A stretch of 64,000 nucleotides of DNA from Escherichia phage UFV-AREG1, in sequence record KX009778; one strand, 5' to 3'. The notes under the pieces were generated by a model. That model had not been told where the DNA came from and did not search any database. It saw only the letters and a program-made list of their open reading frames with translations. This document shows, piece by piece, positions 47,571 to 64,000 of this stretch. The position numbers and the translations under genes were made by a program. Position 1 is the first letter of the stretch, and every line of letters begins with the position of its first letter.

Positions 47571-50500
47571 CAGTAAAAGCACCTTCAGTCACTAGTCTCA
47601 GAATTTCCAAGTTATCCGCAAATCAGGTGCAAGTACGCTGGGATGACGTTGGTGCTAATTTCTACTATTTTGTAGAAATCGCTGAGACAAAAACAGACTC
47701 GGGGGAAAATCTCCCGAGTAATCAATATCGTTGGATTAATTTAGGATATACAGCAAATAATAGTTTCTTTTTTGATGACGCTGATCCGCTGACATCGTAT
47801 GTTATTAGAGTAGCTACGGCGGCGCAAGATTTTGAGCAGTCTGATTGGATTTATACCGAAGAGTTTGAAACTTTTGCTACGAATGCTTATACATTTCAAA
47901 ACATGATTGAAATGCAATTAGCTAATAAATTCATTCAAGAAAAGTTCACTCTTAATAATTCTGATTATGTTAATTTTAATAATGACACTATAATGGCTGC
48001 ATTGATGAATGAATCATTTCAATTCAGCCCATCGTATGTTGATGTTTCATCAATAAGTAATTTTATTATTGGTGAAAATGAGTATCATGAAATACAAGGT
48101 TCTATTCAGCAAGTATGTAAGGATATTAACCGAGTTTATTTGATGGAATCAGAAGGAATTCTATATCTTTTTGAGCGCTATCAACCTGTAGTTAAAGTAT
48201 CTAATGATAAAGGACAAACCTGGAAAGCTGTAAAGCTCTTCAATGACCGCGTAGGATATCCTTTATCTAAGACAGTATATTACCAATCTGCAAACACAAC
48301 ATACGTTCTAGGATACGACAAGATTTTCTATGGCCGTAAATCGACTGACGTTAGATGGTCAGCAGATGATGTCAGATTCAGTTCACAGGATATAACATTT
48401 GCTAAACTTGGTGACCAACTTCATTTAGGATTCGATGTTGAAATCTTCGCTACTTACGCGACTTTACCGGCGAATGTATACCGCATTGCAGAAGCTATTA
48501 CTTGCACCGATGATTACATTTACGTTGTCGCCAGAGACAAAGTTAGATACATAAAAACGAGTAATGCACCTATAGATTCTGATCCATTATCTCCAACATA
48601 TTCGGAAAGACTTTTTGAACCTGATACTATGACTATAACCGGAAATCCTAAAGCAGTATGTTATAAAATGGATTCTATTGGTGATAAAGTTTTTGCTCTT
48701 ATTATTGGTGAAGTTGAAACATTAAATGCTAATCCTAGAACATCAAAAATAATTGATTCTACTGATAAAGGAATATATGTTTTAAATCATGACGAAAAGA
48801 CATGGAAAAGAGTTTTCGGTAATACTGAAGAAGAAAGAAGACGTATTCAACCTGGATATGCGAATATGTCAACTGACGGTAAATTAGTTTCTCTGTCTTC
48901 GAGTAATTTTAAATTTTTAAGTGATAATGTTGTTAATGACCCTGAAACTGCAGCAAAATATCAGTTAATTGGTGCCGTCAAATATGAATTTCCTCGTGAA
49001 TGGTTAGCTGATAAGCATTATCATATGATGGCATTTATAGCGGATGAAAAATCTGACTGGGAGACTTTTACTCCTCAACCAATGAAATACTACGCAGAAC
49101 CGTTCTTTAACTGGTCTAAAAAATCTAACACGCGTTGTTGGATAAACAACTCTGATAGAGCTGTAGTAGTTTATGCTGATTTAAAATACACCAAAGTTAT
49201 AGAAAATATTCCGGAAACATCACCAGATAGATTAGTTCATGAATACTGGGATGATGGTGATTGCACTATAGTAATGCCAAATGTTAAATTCACTGGATTT
49301 AAAAAATACGCATCAGGAATGCTTTTCTACAAAGCCTCCGGTGAAATAATTTCTTACTATGATTTTAACTATCGTGTGAGAGATACAGTAGAAATTATTT
49401 GGAAGCCAACTGAAGTATTTTTAAAAGCATTTTTACAAAACCAAGAGCATGAGACTCCTTGGTCACCAGAAGAAGAGCGTGGACTAGCTGACCCCGATTT
49501 AAGACCATTAATTGGCACAATGATGCCTGATTCTTATTTGTTACAGGATTCGAATTTTGAGGCATTTTGCGAAGCATATATTCAGTATCTTTCTGATGGA
49601 TATGGAACTCAGTATAACAATTTACGAAATTTAATTCGTAACAAATATCCACGAGAAGAGCATGCATGGGAATATTTGTGGTCAGAGATATATAAAAGAA
49701 ACATTTATTTAAATGCTGACAAACGTGATGCTGTTGCAAGATTTTTCGAATCACGTAGCTATGATTTTTATTCTACTAAAGGAATTGAAGCATCATACAA
49801 ATTTCTTTTTAAAGTTCTTTATAATGAAGAAGTTGAAATTGAAATTGAATCTGGGGCTGGTACTGAATATGATATAATCGTTCAATCTGATTCTTTGACT
49901 GAAGACTTAGTAGGACAAACGATTTATACGGCAACAGGAAGATGTAATGTTACTTATATAGAAAGAAGCTATTCTAATGGTAAATTGCAATGGACCGTAA
50001 CTATTCATAATCTTTTAGGACGATTAATTGCTGGTCAAGAAGTTAAAGCAGAAAGACTCCCTAGTTTTGAAGGCGAAATTATTCGTGGGGTTAAAGGAAA
50101 GGATTTGCTTCAAAATAATATAGACTATATTAATAGAAGTCGATCATATTATGTAATGAAAATTAAATCCAATTTACCTTCTTCTCGTTGGAAATCTGAC
50201 GTTATTCGTTTTGTTCATCCAGTAGGATTTGGATTTATAGCAATTACCCTTTTAACGATGTTTATTAATGTTGGTTTAACTCTTAAACACACAGAGACTA
50301 TAATTAATAAATACAAAAACTATAAATGGGATTCTGGATTGCCTACTGAATATGCTGATAGAGTAGCTAAATTGACTCCAACCGGTGAAATTGAGCATGA
50401 TTCAGTAACAGGCGAAGCAATTTATGAGCCTGGCCCAATGGCTGGTGTAAAATATCCTCTTCCTGATGACTATAATGCTGAAAATAATAATTCAATATTT

Positions 50501-50665
50501 CAAGGTCAATTGCCGTCTGAACGACGTAAATTAATGAGTCCTTTATTTGATGCATCTGGAACAACATTTGCGCAATTTAGAGATTTAGTTAATAAACGTC
50601 TAAAAGACAATATAGGAAATCCAAGAGACCCTGAAACTCCAACACAGGTTAAAATATATGAATGA
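47567..50665 (+). CDS. 7: Baseplate wedge initiator gp7
   Basis: 1032-aa ORF; size and order match T4 gp7. Confidence 0.9.
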   Translation: MTVKAPSVTSLRISKLSANQVQVRWDDVGANFYYFVEIAETKTDSGENLPSNQYRWINLGYTANNSFFFDDADPLTSYVIRVATAAQDFEQSDWIYTEEFETFATNAYTFQNMIEMQLANKFIQEKFTLNNSDYVNFNNDTIMAALMNESFQFSPSYVDVSSISNFIIGENEYHEIQGSIQQVCKDINRVYLMESEGILYLFERYQPVVKVSNDKGQTWKAVKLFNDRVGYPLSKTVYYQSANTTYVLGYDKIFYGRKSTDVRWSADDVRFSSQDITFAKLGDQLHLGFDVEIFATYATLPANVYRIAEAITCTDDYIYVVARDKVRYIKTSNAPIDSDPLSPTYSERLFEPDTMTITGNPKAVCYKMDSIGDKVFALIIGEVETLNANPRTSKIIDSTDKGIYVLNHDEKTWKRVFGNTEEERRRIQPGYANMSTDGKLVSLSSSNFKFLSDNVVNDPETAAKYQLIGAVKYEFPREWLADKHYHMMAFIADEKSDWETFTPQPMKYYAEPFFNWSKKSNTRCWINNSDRAVVVYADLKYTKVIENIPETSPDRLVHEYWDDGDCTIVMPNVKFTGFKKYASGMLFYKASGEIISYYDFNYRVRDTVEIIWKPTEVFLKAFLQNQEHETPWSPEEERGLADPDLRPLIGTMMPDSYLLQDSNFEAFCEAYIQYLSDGYGTQYNNLRNLIRNKYPREEHAWEYLWSEIYKRNIYLNADKRDAVARFFESRSYDFYSTKGIEASYKFLFKVLYNEEVEIEIESGAGTEYDIIVQSDSLTEDLVGQTIYTATGRCNVTYIERSYSNGKLQWTVTIHNLLGRLIAGQEVKAERLPSFEGEIIRGVKGKDLLQNNIDYINRSRSYYVMKIKSNLPSSRWKSDVIRFVHPVGFGFIAITLLTMFINVGLTLKHTETIINKYKNYKWDSGLPTEYADRVAKLTPTGEIEHDSVTGEAIYEPGPMAGVKYPLPDDYNAENNNSIFQGQLPSERRKLMSPLFDASGTTFAQFRDLVNKRLKDNIGNPRDPETPTQVKIYE

Positions 50666-51662
50666 TTCAAGTGTTATCTATCGTGCGATAGTTACTTCAA
50701 AATTTAGAACAGAAAAAATGTTGAATTTTTATAATTCAATTGGAAGTGGTCCGGATAAAAACACTATCTTTATCACATTTGGAAGATCAGAACCATGGTC
50801 ATCAAATGAAAATGAGGCGGGCTTTGCCCCGCCTTATCCAACCGATTCTGTATTAGGTGTAACTGACATGTGGACTCATATGATGGGAACAGTAAAAGTT
50901 CTTCCATCAATGCTTGATGCTGTTATTCCTCGCAGAGATTGGGGAGATACTAGATATCCGGATCCATACACATTTAGAATTAACGATATTGTAGTGTGTA
51001 ACTCAGCTCCTTACAATGCTACTGAATCAGGCGCAGGCTGGCTAGTATATCGTTGTTTAGATGTTCCTGATACTGGAATGTGTTCAATAACATCTTTAAC
51101 TGATAAGGATGAATGCCTCAAATTAGGTGGAAAATGGACTCCTTCTGCTAGGTCAATGACTCCTCCTGAAGGTCGAGGAGATGCTGAAGGAACAATTGAA
51201 CCTGGAGACGGATATGTTTGGGAATATCTATTTGAGATTCCACCTGATGTATCTATAAATAGATGCACAAATGAATATATCGTGGTTCCTTGGCCTGAGG
51301 AATTAAAAGAAGACCCGACTAGATGGGGATATGAAGATAATCTCACTTGGCAACAAGATGATTTTGGATTAATTTACCGTGTTAAGGCAAATACTATCCG
51401 TTTTAAAGCATATTTAGATTCAGTTTATTTTCCTGAAGCTGCATTGCCGGGAAATAAAGGATTTAGACAAATATCAATAATCACGAATCCTCTTGAAGCT
51501 AAAGCTCATCCAAATGACCCAAACGTTAAAGCTGAAAAGGATTATTATGATCCAGAAGATTTAATGAGGCATTCGGGCGAAATGATTTATATGGAAAATA
51601 GGCCACCTATTATTATGGCAATGGATCAAACAGAAGAAATCAATATTCTGTTTACATTTTAA
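50658..51662 (+). CDS. 8: Baseplate wedge protein gp8
   Basis: 334-aa ORF; size and order match T4 gp8; terminator hairpin after stop. Confidence 0.9.
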   Translation: MNDSSVIYRAIVTSKFRTEKMLNFYNSIGSGPDKNTIFITFGRSEPWSSNENEAGFAPPYPTDSVLGVTDMWTHMMGTVKVLPSMLDAVIPRRDWGDTRYPDPYTFRINDIVVCNSAPYNATESGAGWLVYRCLDVPDTGMCSITSLTDKDECLKLGGKWTPSARSMTPPEGRGDAEGTIEPGDGYVWEYLFEIPPDVSINRCTNEYIVVPWPEELKEDPTRWGYEDNLTWQQDDFGLIYRVKANTIRFKAYLDSVYFPEAALPGNKGFRQISIITNPLEAKAHPNDPNVKAEKDYYDPEDLMRHSGEMIYMENRPPIIMAMDQTEEINILFTF

Positions 51663-51667
51663 ATTAA

Positions 51668-51686
51668 GGGAGCCCATGGGCTCCCT
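51668..51686 (+). terminator. Rho-independent terminator after gene 8
   Basis: Perfect 8-bp stem GGGAGCCC-atg-GGGCTCCC followed by TTTTTCTTT. Confidence 0.7.
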
Positions 51687-51693
51687 TTTTCTT

Positions 51694-51701
51694 TATAAAT
51701 A
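51694..51701 (+). promoter_or_regulatory. Late promoter (TATAAATA) for gene 9
   Basis: Exact TATAAATA 25 nt upstream of gene 9 ATG, right after terminator hairpin. Confidence 0.7.
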
Positions 51702-51725
51702 CTATAAACTCATAAGGAAACCGCT

Positions 51726-52592
51726 ATGTTCATTCAAGAACCAAAGAAATTGATTGATACCGGCGAAATTGGTAACGCTTCTACTGGTGATATCTTATTC
51801 GACGGTGGTAATAAAATTAATAGTGATTTTAACGCAATTTATAATGCGTTTGGCGATCAACGTAAAATGGCAGTAGCAAATGGAACCGGAACAGATGGTC
51901 AAATTATCCATGCTACTGGATATTATCAAAAACACTCTATTGCAGAGTACGCAACTCCAGTGAAAGTTGGCACTAGGCATGATATTGATACCTCTACTGT
52001 AGGTGTTAAAGTTATCATTGAAAGAGGCGAACTCGGCGATTGTGTTGAATTCATTAACTCAAATGGATCAATATCAGTTACTAATCCTTTAACAATTCAA
52101 GCTATTGATTCAATTAAAGGTGTTTCGGGTAATTTAGTAGTAACTAGTCCATATAGTAAAGTAACTTTACGCTGTATTTCATCTGATAATTCTACATCGG
52201 TTTGGAACTATTCTATTGAAAGTATGTTTGGGCAAAAGGAATCACCAGCTGAAGGTACATGGAATATTTCTACATCCGGATCAGTTGATATTCCACTATT
52301 TCATCGCACTGAATACAATATGGCTAAATTGCTAGTTACGTGCCAATCGGTAGATGGAAGAAAAATTAAAACAGCAGAAATAAATATTCTTGTGGATACT
52401 GTTAATTCAGAGGTAATTTCTTCTGAATATGCTGTCATGCGAGTTGGGAATGAAACCGAAGAAGACGAAATCGCTAATATTGCATTTAGTATTAAAGAAA
52501 ATTATGTAACGGCGACTATAAGTTCTTCAACTGTCGGTATGAGAGCAGCAGTTAAAGTTATCGCTACGCAGAAAATCGGGGTGGCTCAATAA
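51726..52592 (+). CDS. 9: Baseplate wedge tail-fibre connector gp9
   Basis: 288-aa ORF; late promoter upstream; size and order match T4 gp9. Confidence 0.9.
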   Translation: MFIQEPKKLIDTGEIGNASTGDILFDGGNKINSDFNAIYNAFGDQRKMAVANGTGTDGQIIHATGYYQKHSIAEYATPVKVGTRHDIDTSTVGVKVIIERGELGDCVEFINSNGSISVTNPLTIQAIDSIKGVSGNLVVTSPYSKVTLRCISSDNSTSVWNYSIESMFGQKESPAEGTWNISTSGSVDIPLFHRTEYNMAKLLVTCQSVDGRKIKTAEINILVDTVNSEVISSEYAVMRVGNETEEDEIANIAFSIKENYVTATISSSTVGMRAAVKVIATQKIGVAQ

Positions 52593-54397
52593 TGAAACAA
52601 AATATTAATATCGGTAATGTTGTAGATGATGGTACCGGTGACTACCTGCGTAAAGGTGGTATAAAAATAAATGAAAACTTTGATGAGCTTTATTATGAAC
52701 TCGGTGATGGTGATGTTCCATATTCAGCCGGTGCCTGGAAAACTTATGATGCTTCATCTGGACAAACACTAACGGCAGAATGGGGAAAATCATATGCCAT
52801 TAATACTTCGTCTGGAAGAGTAACTCTACAACTTCCTAAAGGAACTGTTAATGATTACAACAAGGTAATTAGAGCTAGAGACGTATTCGCTACATGGAAC
52901 ATCAATCCAGTTACTTTAGTAGCTGCTTCCGGAGATACAATTAAAGGGTCGTCATCGTCAGTTGAAATTAATATTCAATTTAGTGATTTAGAGCTCGTTT
53001 ATTGCGCTCCAGGACGTTGGGAATATGTCAAAAACAAACAAATTGACAAAATTGTTAGTTCAGATATTAGTAATGTAGCTCGCAAAGAATTTTTAGTTGA
53101 AGTTCAAGGACAAACTGACTTTTTAGATGTTTTCAATGGAACTAGTTATAATGTCAATAACATCAGAGTAAAACATCGTGGTAACGAATTGTATTACGGT
53201 GATGTATTTAGCGAAAACAGTGACTTTGGCTCTCCGGGCGAAAATGAAGGCGAATTAGTTCCTCTTGATGGATTTAATATTCGATTAAGACAGCCTTGTA
53301 ATATTGGTGACACTGTTCAAATTGAAACATTTATGGATGGTGTATCACAATGGAGAAGTTCATATACAAGACGCCAAATAAAAGTACTGGATTCAAAACT
53401 AACATCAAAGACTTCTTTAGAAGGAAGCATTTATGTTACTGATTTATCGGCGATGAAATCAATTCCATTTTCCGCTTTTGGATTAATTCCTGGTGAACCC
53501 ATTAATCCTAATTCTCTTGAGGTTCGTTTTAATGGAATTTTACAGCAGCAGGCTGGAACAGCTGGATATCCTCTGTTTTTGTGTGAAGGCGCTAATTCAG
53601 ATACGCAAGAAGGATGTATATCTCTTGGCGGCGAATGGAAAGAATCAAACACCGATTATTCTATAGAATATGAAGACGGAAAACCTATCAGTCTTTTATT
53701 TGATAGAAAATTTGAATCCGGTGACATTATCGTTATAACATGGTTCAATAATGATTTAGGAACTCTTTTAGAAAAAGATGACATCGTTGAATTGACTGAT
53801 GACCGTTATGTTAGTAAAGGATCATCTACTGAAGTTACTGGTGATGTGGCCTTAACAGATTTTGATAAAATCGGTTGGCCAAATGTTGAAAAAGTTGATT
53901 CTTATACTAGAACGTATAATTCAATATCATCTATTTTCGACAGCATTTATCCTGTTGGTTCAATTTATGAAAATGCTATAAACCCAAATAATCCGGTGAC
54001 TTATATGGGATTTGGTTCATGGAAATTATTTGGTAAAGGACAAGTTTTAGTAGGATGGAATGATGATGTTACGGATCCAAACTTTGCTTTAAACAATAAT
54101 GATTTAGATTCTAGCGGAAATCCTTCACATACTGCCGGTGGAACGGTTGGAACAACATCAGTAACGCTTGAAAACGCAAATCTTCCTGCAACTAAAACTG
54201 ACGAAAGAGTTTTAATTGAAGACGAAAACGGATCGGTTATTATTGGAGGTTGCCAATATGACCCAGATGAAACTGGTCCTATATATACAAAATATCGTGA
54301 AGACTACGCAACAACAAACTCTTCACATACTCCTCCTGCTAATATTAGTAATATTCAACCGTCTATTACTGTATACCGTTGGATAAGGATTGCATAA
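52592..54397 (+). CDS. 10: Baseplate wedge protein gp10
   Basis: 601-aa ORF; TAATG overlap with gene 11 start. Confidence 0.9.
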   Translation: MKQNINIGNVVDDGTGDYLRKGGIKINENFDELYYELGDGDVPYSAGAWKTYDASSGQTLTAEWGKSYAINTSSGRVTLQLPKGTVNDYNKVIRARDVFATWNINPVTLVAASGDTIKGSSSSVEINIQFSDLELVYCAPGRWEYVKNKQIDKIVSSDISNVARKEFLVEVQGQTDFLDVFNGTSYNVNNIRVKHRGNELYYGDVFSENSDFGSPGENEGELVPLDGFNIRLRQPCNIGDTVQIETFMDGVSQWRSSYTRRQIKVLDSKLTSKTSLEGSIYVTDLSAMKSIPFSAFGLIPGEPINPNSLEVRFNGILQQQAGTAGYPLFLCEGANSDTQEGCISLGGEWKESNTDYSIEYEDGKPISLLFDRKFESGDIIVITWFNNDLGTLLEKDDIVELTDDRYVSKGSSTEVTGDVALTDFDKIGWPNVEKVDSYTRTYNSISSIFDSIYPVGSIYENAINPNNPVTYMGFGSWKLFGKGQVLVGWNDDVTDPNFALNNNDLDSSGNPSHTAGGTVGTTSVTLENANLPATKTDERVLIEDENGSVIIGGCQYDPDETGPIYTKYREDYATTNSSHTPPANISNIQPSITVYRWIRIA

Positions 54398-55056
54398 TGA
54401 GTTTACTTAATAATAAAGCGGGGGTTATTTCCCGCTTAGCAGATTTTCTTGGTTTTAGAACTAAGAAAAATGATATTTCGGTTATGAATAATCAGCCAGT
54501 AGGCGCTGTGACAATTTCACAAATAGCAAAAGGTTTTTATGACTCAAATGTAGAATCTGCTATTAATGATGTTAGAAATATGGCAGAGCAACAGGTTGGA
54601 GCTGTATTAGTTAATATAAGTGGCGTATCTCCTACTGGCGTGCAGCAAACAGACTATTGGTCATTTGAAGGAACTGTCAATGATACTTCAGCCAAACCAG
54701 GTGACCCAGTTATTGTTAACATGTTTGGCATTCCTGTTAAAGCTACTAATGGAATGACTTCAGTCGAATTTACCAGTGCCGTTAGAACAGCTCTGCAGGA
54801 AATGGTTGCAAAATTTATTGCAATTGATTCATTTGAAGACCATCCTACCATAGGAAATAAAATACAAGTTAAGTATTTAGATAACCAAGAACATATCTTA
54901 GAACAATACTCTGATAAAGGAATTACTTTCAAACAAGAAATAATTTCTCCTTCTAAACCTGGATACGGAACTTGGCAATTATTAGGTGCGCAAACTGTCA
55001 CGCTAGATAGTCACACACAACCTACGGTATTTTATTATTTTGAGAGAATAGCATGA
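54397..55056 (+). CDS. 11: Baseplate wedge / short tail fibre attachment protein gp11
   Basis: 219 aa from ATG at 54397 ([10 protein letters not shown]); matches T4 gp11 size. Confidence 0.88.
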   Translation: MSLLNNKAGVISRLADFLGFRTKKNDISVMNNQPVGAVTISQIAKGFYDSNVESAINDVRNMAEQQVGAVLVNISGVSPTGVQQTDYWSFEGTVNDTSAKPGDPVIVNMFGIPVKATNGMTSVEFTSAVRTALQEMVAKFIAIDSFEDHPTIGNKIQVKYLDNQEHILEQYSDKGITFKQEIISPSKPGYGTWQLLGAQTVTLDSHTQPTVFYYFERIA

Positions 55057-56603
55057 GTAACAATACATATCAGCACGTATCAAATGAATCAAAATATGTT
55101 AAATTCGATCCTACTGGATCGAATTTTCCTGACACTGTCACGACAGTGCAGTCTGCATTATCAAAAATAAGTAATATCGGCGTAAATGGTATTCCTGATG
55201 CAACTATGGAAGTTAAAGGAATAGCAATGATTGCGTCAGAGCAAGAGGTTTTAGATGGAACTAATAATTCTAAAATCGTTACACCAGCTACATTAGCAAC
55301 AAGATTATTATATCCAAATGCTACTGAAACTAAGTATGGTTTAACGCGCTATTCAACAAATGAAGAAACATTAGAAGGCTCAGATAATAATTCATCAATA
55401 ACGCCGCAAAAACTGAAATACCATACTGACGATGTGTTCCAAAATAGATATTCGTCTGAGTCATCAAACGGGGTTATTAAAATATCATCTACACCTGCAG
55501 CTTTAGCTGGAGTTGATGATACTACGGCAATGACTCCATTAAAAACGCAAAAACTTGCAATAAAATTAATTTCACAAATAGCTCCTTCCGAAGATACTGC
55601 ATCAGAATCTGTGAGAGGTGTAGTTCAATTATCTACTGTTGCGCAAACTCGTCAAGGAACTCTCCGCGAAGGATATGCAATTTCTCCGTATACCTTTATG
55701 AATTCTGTTGCAACACAAGAATATAAGGGTGTTATACGTTTAGGAACACAATCGGAAATTAACAGTAATTTGGGAGATGTTGCAGTAACGGGTGAAACAC
55801 TAAATGGTCGAGGAGCTACTGGTTCTATGCGTGGAGTAGTTAAATTAACGACGCAAGCCGGTATTGCCCCTGAAGGTGATAGCTCTGGTGCATTAGCATG
55901 GAACGCAGATGTAATTAATACTCGTGGTGGACAAACTATTAATGGTTCTTTAAATTTAGACCATCTTACAGCAAACGGAATTTGGTCGCGCGGCGGAATG
56001 TGGAAAAATGGCGATCAACCTGTTGCCACTGAAAGATATGCGTCCGAAAGGGTTCCAGTCGGAACTATTATGATGTTTGCGGGTGATTCAGCACCTCCGG
56101 GTTGGATTATGTGCCACGGTGGAACAGTGTCAGGAGATCAATATCCTGATTATAGAAACACAGTTGGAACAAGATTTGGTGGTGATTGGAATAACCCTGG
56201 CATTCCTGATATGCGAGGTCTTTTCGTCAGAGGAGCTGGCACGGGAGGTCATATTTTAAATCAACGAGGACAAGATGGCTATGGGAAGGATAGACTTGGT
56301 GTAGGATGTGACGGAATGCATGTTGGTGGTGTTCAGGCACAACAAATGTCATACCATAAACATGCTGGTGGTTGGGGAGAATACCAAAGACATGAAGCTC
56401 CATTTGGCGCGTCCGTTTATCAAGGATATCTTGGAACTAGAAAATATGCCGACTGGGATAATGCTTCATACTTCACTAATGATGGATTTGAATTGGGTGG
56501 ACCGAGAGATGCCCTTGGTACACTTAATCGTGAAGGATTAATTGGTTATGAAACTAGACCATGGAATATATCATTAAACTATATTATTAAAATTCATTAC
56601 TAA
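55053..56603 (+). CDS. 12: Short tail fibre protein gp12
   Basis: 516-aa [23 protein letters not shown]; position after gene 11. Confidence 0.88.
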   Translation: MSNNTYQHVSNESKYVKFDPTGSNFPDTVTTVQSALSKISNIGVNGIPDATMEVKGIAMIASEQEVLDGTNNSKIVTPATLATRLLYPNATETKYGLTRYSTNEETLEGSDNNSSITPQKLKYHTDDVFQNRYSSESSNGVIKISSTPAALAGVDDTTAMTPLKTQKLAIKLISQIAPSEDTASESVRGVVQLSTVAQTRQGTLREGYAISPYTFMNSVATQEYKGVIRLGTQSEINSNLGDVAVTGETLNGRGATGSMRGVVKLTTQAGIAPEGDSSGALAWNADVINTRGGQTINGSLNLDHLTANGIWSRGGMWKNGDQPVATERYASERVPVGTIMMFAGDSAPPGWIMCHGGTVSGDQYPDYRNTVGTRFGGDWNNPGIPDMRGLFVRGAGTGGHILNQRGQDGYGKDRLGVGCDGMHVGGVQAQQMSYHKHAGGWGEYQRHEAPFGASVYQGYLGTRKYADWDNASYFTNDGFELGGPRDALGTLNREGLIGYETRPWNISLNYIIKIHY

Positions 56604-56612
56604 GGATTACAA

Positions 56613-58070
56613 ATGATTGAATTAAAAGAGTTACCTTTTGTTGATAGCGTTCCTGGCGAAGGTCAGGAACGTATTTCATGGATTAAAAATGGTGAAGAAA
56701 TATTAGGAGCTAGTACTAAGTATGGAAACGATGGGTCAATGAATAGACCAACTGTTTCCGTGTTTAAAAATGTCGAGGTTCTCGACGAAAATGTAGGAAT
56801 TCTTAAAACTGCCATTGAAACATCTCAGGAAGATATTAAAACCATTCAAGGCATTTTAGATGTATCAGGAGATATAGAAGCGCTATCACAGATCAGCATT
56901 AATAAAAATGATATATCAAATTTAAAGACACTCACGAATGAACACACTGATATATTAAATGGTACAAATACCACGGTTGACAATATTCTTTCTGATATTG
57001 GTCCATTTAATTCGCAAGCAAATTCAGTTTATAGAACGATTAGAAATGATTTGTTATGGATTAAAAGAGAATTAGGACAATATGCTGGGCAAGACATTAA
57101 TGGTCTTCCTGTTGTAGGAAATAGCAGCACGGGTATGAAGCACCGCATCATTAATAATACAGATGCTATAACTTCCCAAGGAATACGTCTAAGTGATTTG
57201 GAAGAAAAATTTATTGAATCTGATGTAGGTTCACTGACAATTGAAGTCGGAAATCTTAGACAAGAGCTTGGACAAAGACCATCTTCATTCAGTGAAAGCA
57301 TATATTCACGTGTTCATAATTTAGATCAATCGCAGATTAATCTTAGTTCCGAAATTAAATCTATCAAAACTTCTATTGGATATCCAGGAAATACTTCAAT
57401 AATCACAGATGTTAACACTAATACACGAGAAGTTTCAGCTTTAAATGATGAACTAAATAAAAGCGGAGGTATTAAACAGCGATTGACTGTCATTGAAACA
57501 TCAATTGGCTCAGATGATATTCCTTCTAGTATTAAAGGTCGAATTAAAGATAATACAACATCTATTGAGTTTTTAAATGGAATTGTTGGTGAAAACACTT
57601 CATCTGGACTACGAGCAAACGTTTCATGGCTAAACCAAATCGTTGGAACTGATTCTAGTGGAGGTCAGCCTTCTCCTCCTGGGTCTCTTTTAAATAGGGT
57701 TTCAACTATTGAAACTTCAGTTAATAGACTGAACAATGATGTTCAAAACTTACAAGTTGAAATTGGTAATAACACTACTGGAATTAAAGGCCAAGTTGTT
57801 GCACTAAATAAACTAGTAAGCGGCACAAATCCAAATGGTTCAACAGTAGAAGAGCGCGGATTAACTAATTCAATAAAAGCTAATGAAACTAACATTTCTT
57901 CTATTAATCAAGAAATGCGTAGTATTAAAAGTAATGTATCTTCATTACAGGGGGATGTTCAGACTTTACAGGAAGCAGGTTATATCCCTGAAGCTCCAAA
58001 AGATGGCCAAGCTTACGTTCGTAAAGACGGCGAATGGGTATTACTTTCTACCTTTTTATCACCAGCATAA
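56613..58070 (+). CDS. wac: Fibritin (whisker, neck) Wac
   Basis: 485-aa coiled-coil ORF ending with foldon [27 protein letters not shown]. Confidence 0.93.
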   Translation: MIELKELPFVDSVPGEGQERISWIKNGEEILGASTKYGNDGSMNRPTVSVFKNVEVLDENVGILKTAIETSQEDIKTIQGILDVSGDIEALSQISINKNDISNLKTLTNEHTDILNGTNTTVDNILSDIGPFNSQANSVYRTIRNDLLWIKRELGQYAGQDINGLPVVGNSSTGMKHRIINNTDAITSQGIRLSDLEEKFIESDVGSLTIEVGNLRQELGQRPSSFSESIYSRVHNLDQSQINLSSEIKSIKTSIGYPGNTSIITDVNTNTREVSALNDELNKSGGIKQRLTVIETSIGSDDIPSSIKGRIKDNTTSIEFLNGIVGENTSSGLRANVSWLNQIVGTDSSGGQPSPPGSLLNRVSTIETSVNRLNNDVQNLQVEIGNNTTGIKGQVVALNKLVSGTNPNGSTVEERGLTNSIKANETNISSINQEMRSIKSNVSSLQGDVQTLQEAGYIPEAPKDGQAYVRKDGEWVLLSTFLSPA

Positions 58071-58073
58071 CAT

Positions 58074-58089
58074 GGGGCCGCAAGGCCCC
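58074..58089 (+). terminator. Hairpin (terminator-like) after wac
   Basis: GGGGCC-gcaa-GGCCCC; T-run separated by AAAGGA, so efficiency uncertain. Confidence 0.45.
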
Positions 58090-58102
58090 AAAGGATTTTT
58101 AA

Positions 58103-59804
<1,702 letters not shown>

Positions 59805-59845
59805 TAAATATTATAAACTAATTAAAGCCCAGATTAGGAGAAATC

Positions 59846-62986
<3,141 letters not shown>

Positions 62987-63014
62987 TATTAAAGCATATT
63001 AAAGAGGATTAAAA

Positions 63015-64000
63015 ATGACTTTATTATCTCCGGGCATTGAGCTCAAAGAAACTACGGTTCAAAGCACCGTGGTTAATAACTCTACTGGTACAGCAGCTTT
63101 GGCCGGTAAATTCCAGTGGGGTCCTGCTTTTCAGATCAAACAGGTTACAAACGAAGTAGATTTAGTTAATACTTTTGGTCAACCTACAGCTGAAACTGCT
63201 GACTATTTTATGTCTGCAATGAATTTCTTACAATATGGAAATGATTTGCGAGTTGTGCGCGCTGTCGACAGAGATACCGCTAAAAACTCATCTCCGATTG
63301 CCGGTAATATTGAATACACTATTTCTACCCCAGGTAGTAACTACGCGGTTGGAGATAAAATCACAGTTAAGTATGTTTCAGAAGACATTGAAACAGAAGG
63401 TAAAATTACCGAAGTAGATGCTGATGGAAAAATTAAGAAAATTAATATTCCTACTGCAAAAATTATCGCTAAAGCGAAAGAAGTAGGCGAATATCCAACA
63501 CTAGGTTCTAACTGGACTGCGGAAATTTCTTCATCTTCCTCTGGTTTAGCTGCAGTAATAACTCTTGGAAAAATTATTACTGATTCTGGTATTTTATTAG
63601 CTGAAATTGAAAATGCTGAAGCTGCTATAACAGCTGTTGATTTTCAGGAAAATCTTAAAAAATATGGAATTCCAGGAGTAGTAGCTCTTTATCCAGGCGA
63701 ATTAGGCGATAAAATCGAAATCGAAATCGTATCTAAAGCTGACTATGCAAAAGGAGCTTCTGCATTACTCCCAATTTATCCGGGCGGTGGTACTCGTGCA
63801 TCTACTGCTAAAGCAGTGTTTGGATATGGACCACAAACTGATTCACAGTACGCTATTATAGTTCGTCGCAATGATGCTATTGTTCAAAGCGTTGTTCTTT
63901 CAACGAAGCGTGGTGAAAAAGATATTTACGATAGTAACATTTATATTGATGACTTTTTCGCAAAAGGTGGTTCAGAATATATTTTCGCAACTGCACAAAA
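63015..64000 (+). CDS. 18: Tail sheath protein gp18, N-terminal part; continues past window end
   Basis: Frame from ATG 63015 reads MTLLSPGIELKETTVQSTVVNNSTGTAALAGKFQWGPAFQIKQVT; late promoter upstream. Confidence 0.9.
   Translation, partial: MTLLSPGIELKETTVQSTVVNNSTGTAALAGKFQWGPAFQIKQVTNEVDLVNTFGQPTAETADYFMSAMNFLQYGNDLRVVRAVDRDTAKNSSPIAGNIEYTISTPGSNYAVGDKITVKYVSEDIETEGKITEVDADGKIKKINIPTAKIIAKAKEVGEYPTLGSNWTAEISSSSSGLAAVITLGKIITDSGILLAEIENAEAAITAVDFQENLKKYGIPGVVALYPGELGDKIEIEIVSKADYAKGASALLPIYPGGGTRASTAKAVFGYGPQTDSQYAIIVRRNDAIVQSVVLSTKRGEKDIYDSNIYIDDFFAKGGSEYIFATAQ

Noticed and set aside
51254-51261. Exact TATAAATA inside gene 8 coding sequence
   Set aside because: Gene 9 already has a well-placed late promoter after the gene 8 terminator; an internal match in AT-rich coding DNA is expected by chance.

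Overview
This window reads as a contiguous segment of a T-even (T4-like) myophage genome, assigned from motifs and from recalled T4 protein sequences and sizes; no database search was run. Positions 1 to about 42.4 kb are early and middle genes on the minus strand: gene 46 (partial), 47, a-gt, 55, nrdH-like, nrdG, an HNH homing endonuclease, an intronless nrdD, 49, nrdC, a long accessory region, rI, tk, regB, a GrcA-like glycyl-radical protein, lysozyme e, nudE, a 10-tRNA cluster, an internal-protein locus, 57B, 57A, 1, 3, 2 and 4. From about 42.4 kb the plus strand carries late structural genes 53, 5, 5.1, 5.4, 6 to 12, wac, 13 to 17 and the start of 18. Lysozyme differs from T4 at a few residues and the tRNA set is larger than the eight I recall for T4, so this is a close relative rather than T4 itself. 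The most interesting content is in the accessory regions: a tandem array of four capsid-targeting-sequence genes, a P-loop ATPase plus nucleotidyltransferase-fold pair, four coiled-coil paralogues, a macro-domain protein, and repeated early promoter-stem-loop units. Small-ORF boundaries and several start codons are uncertain.
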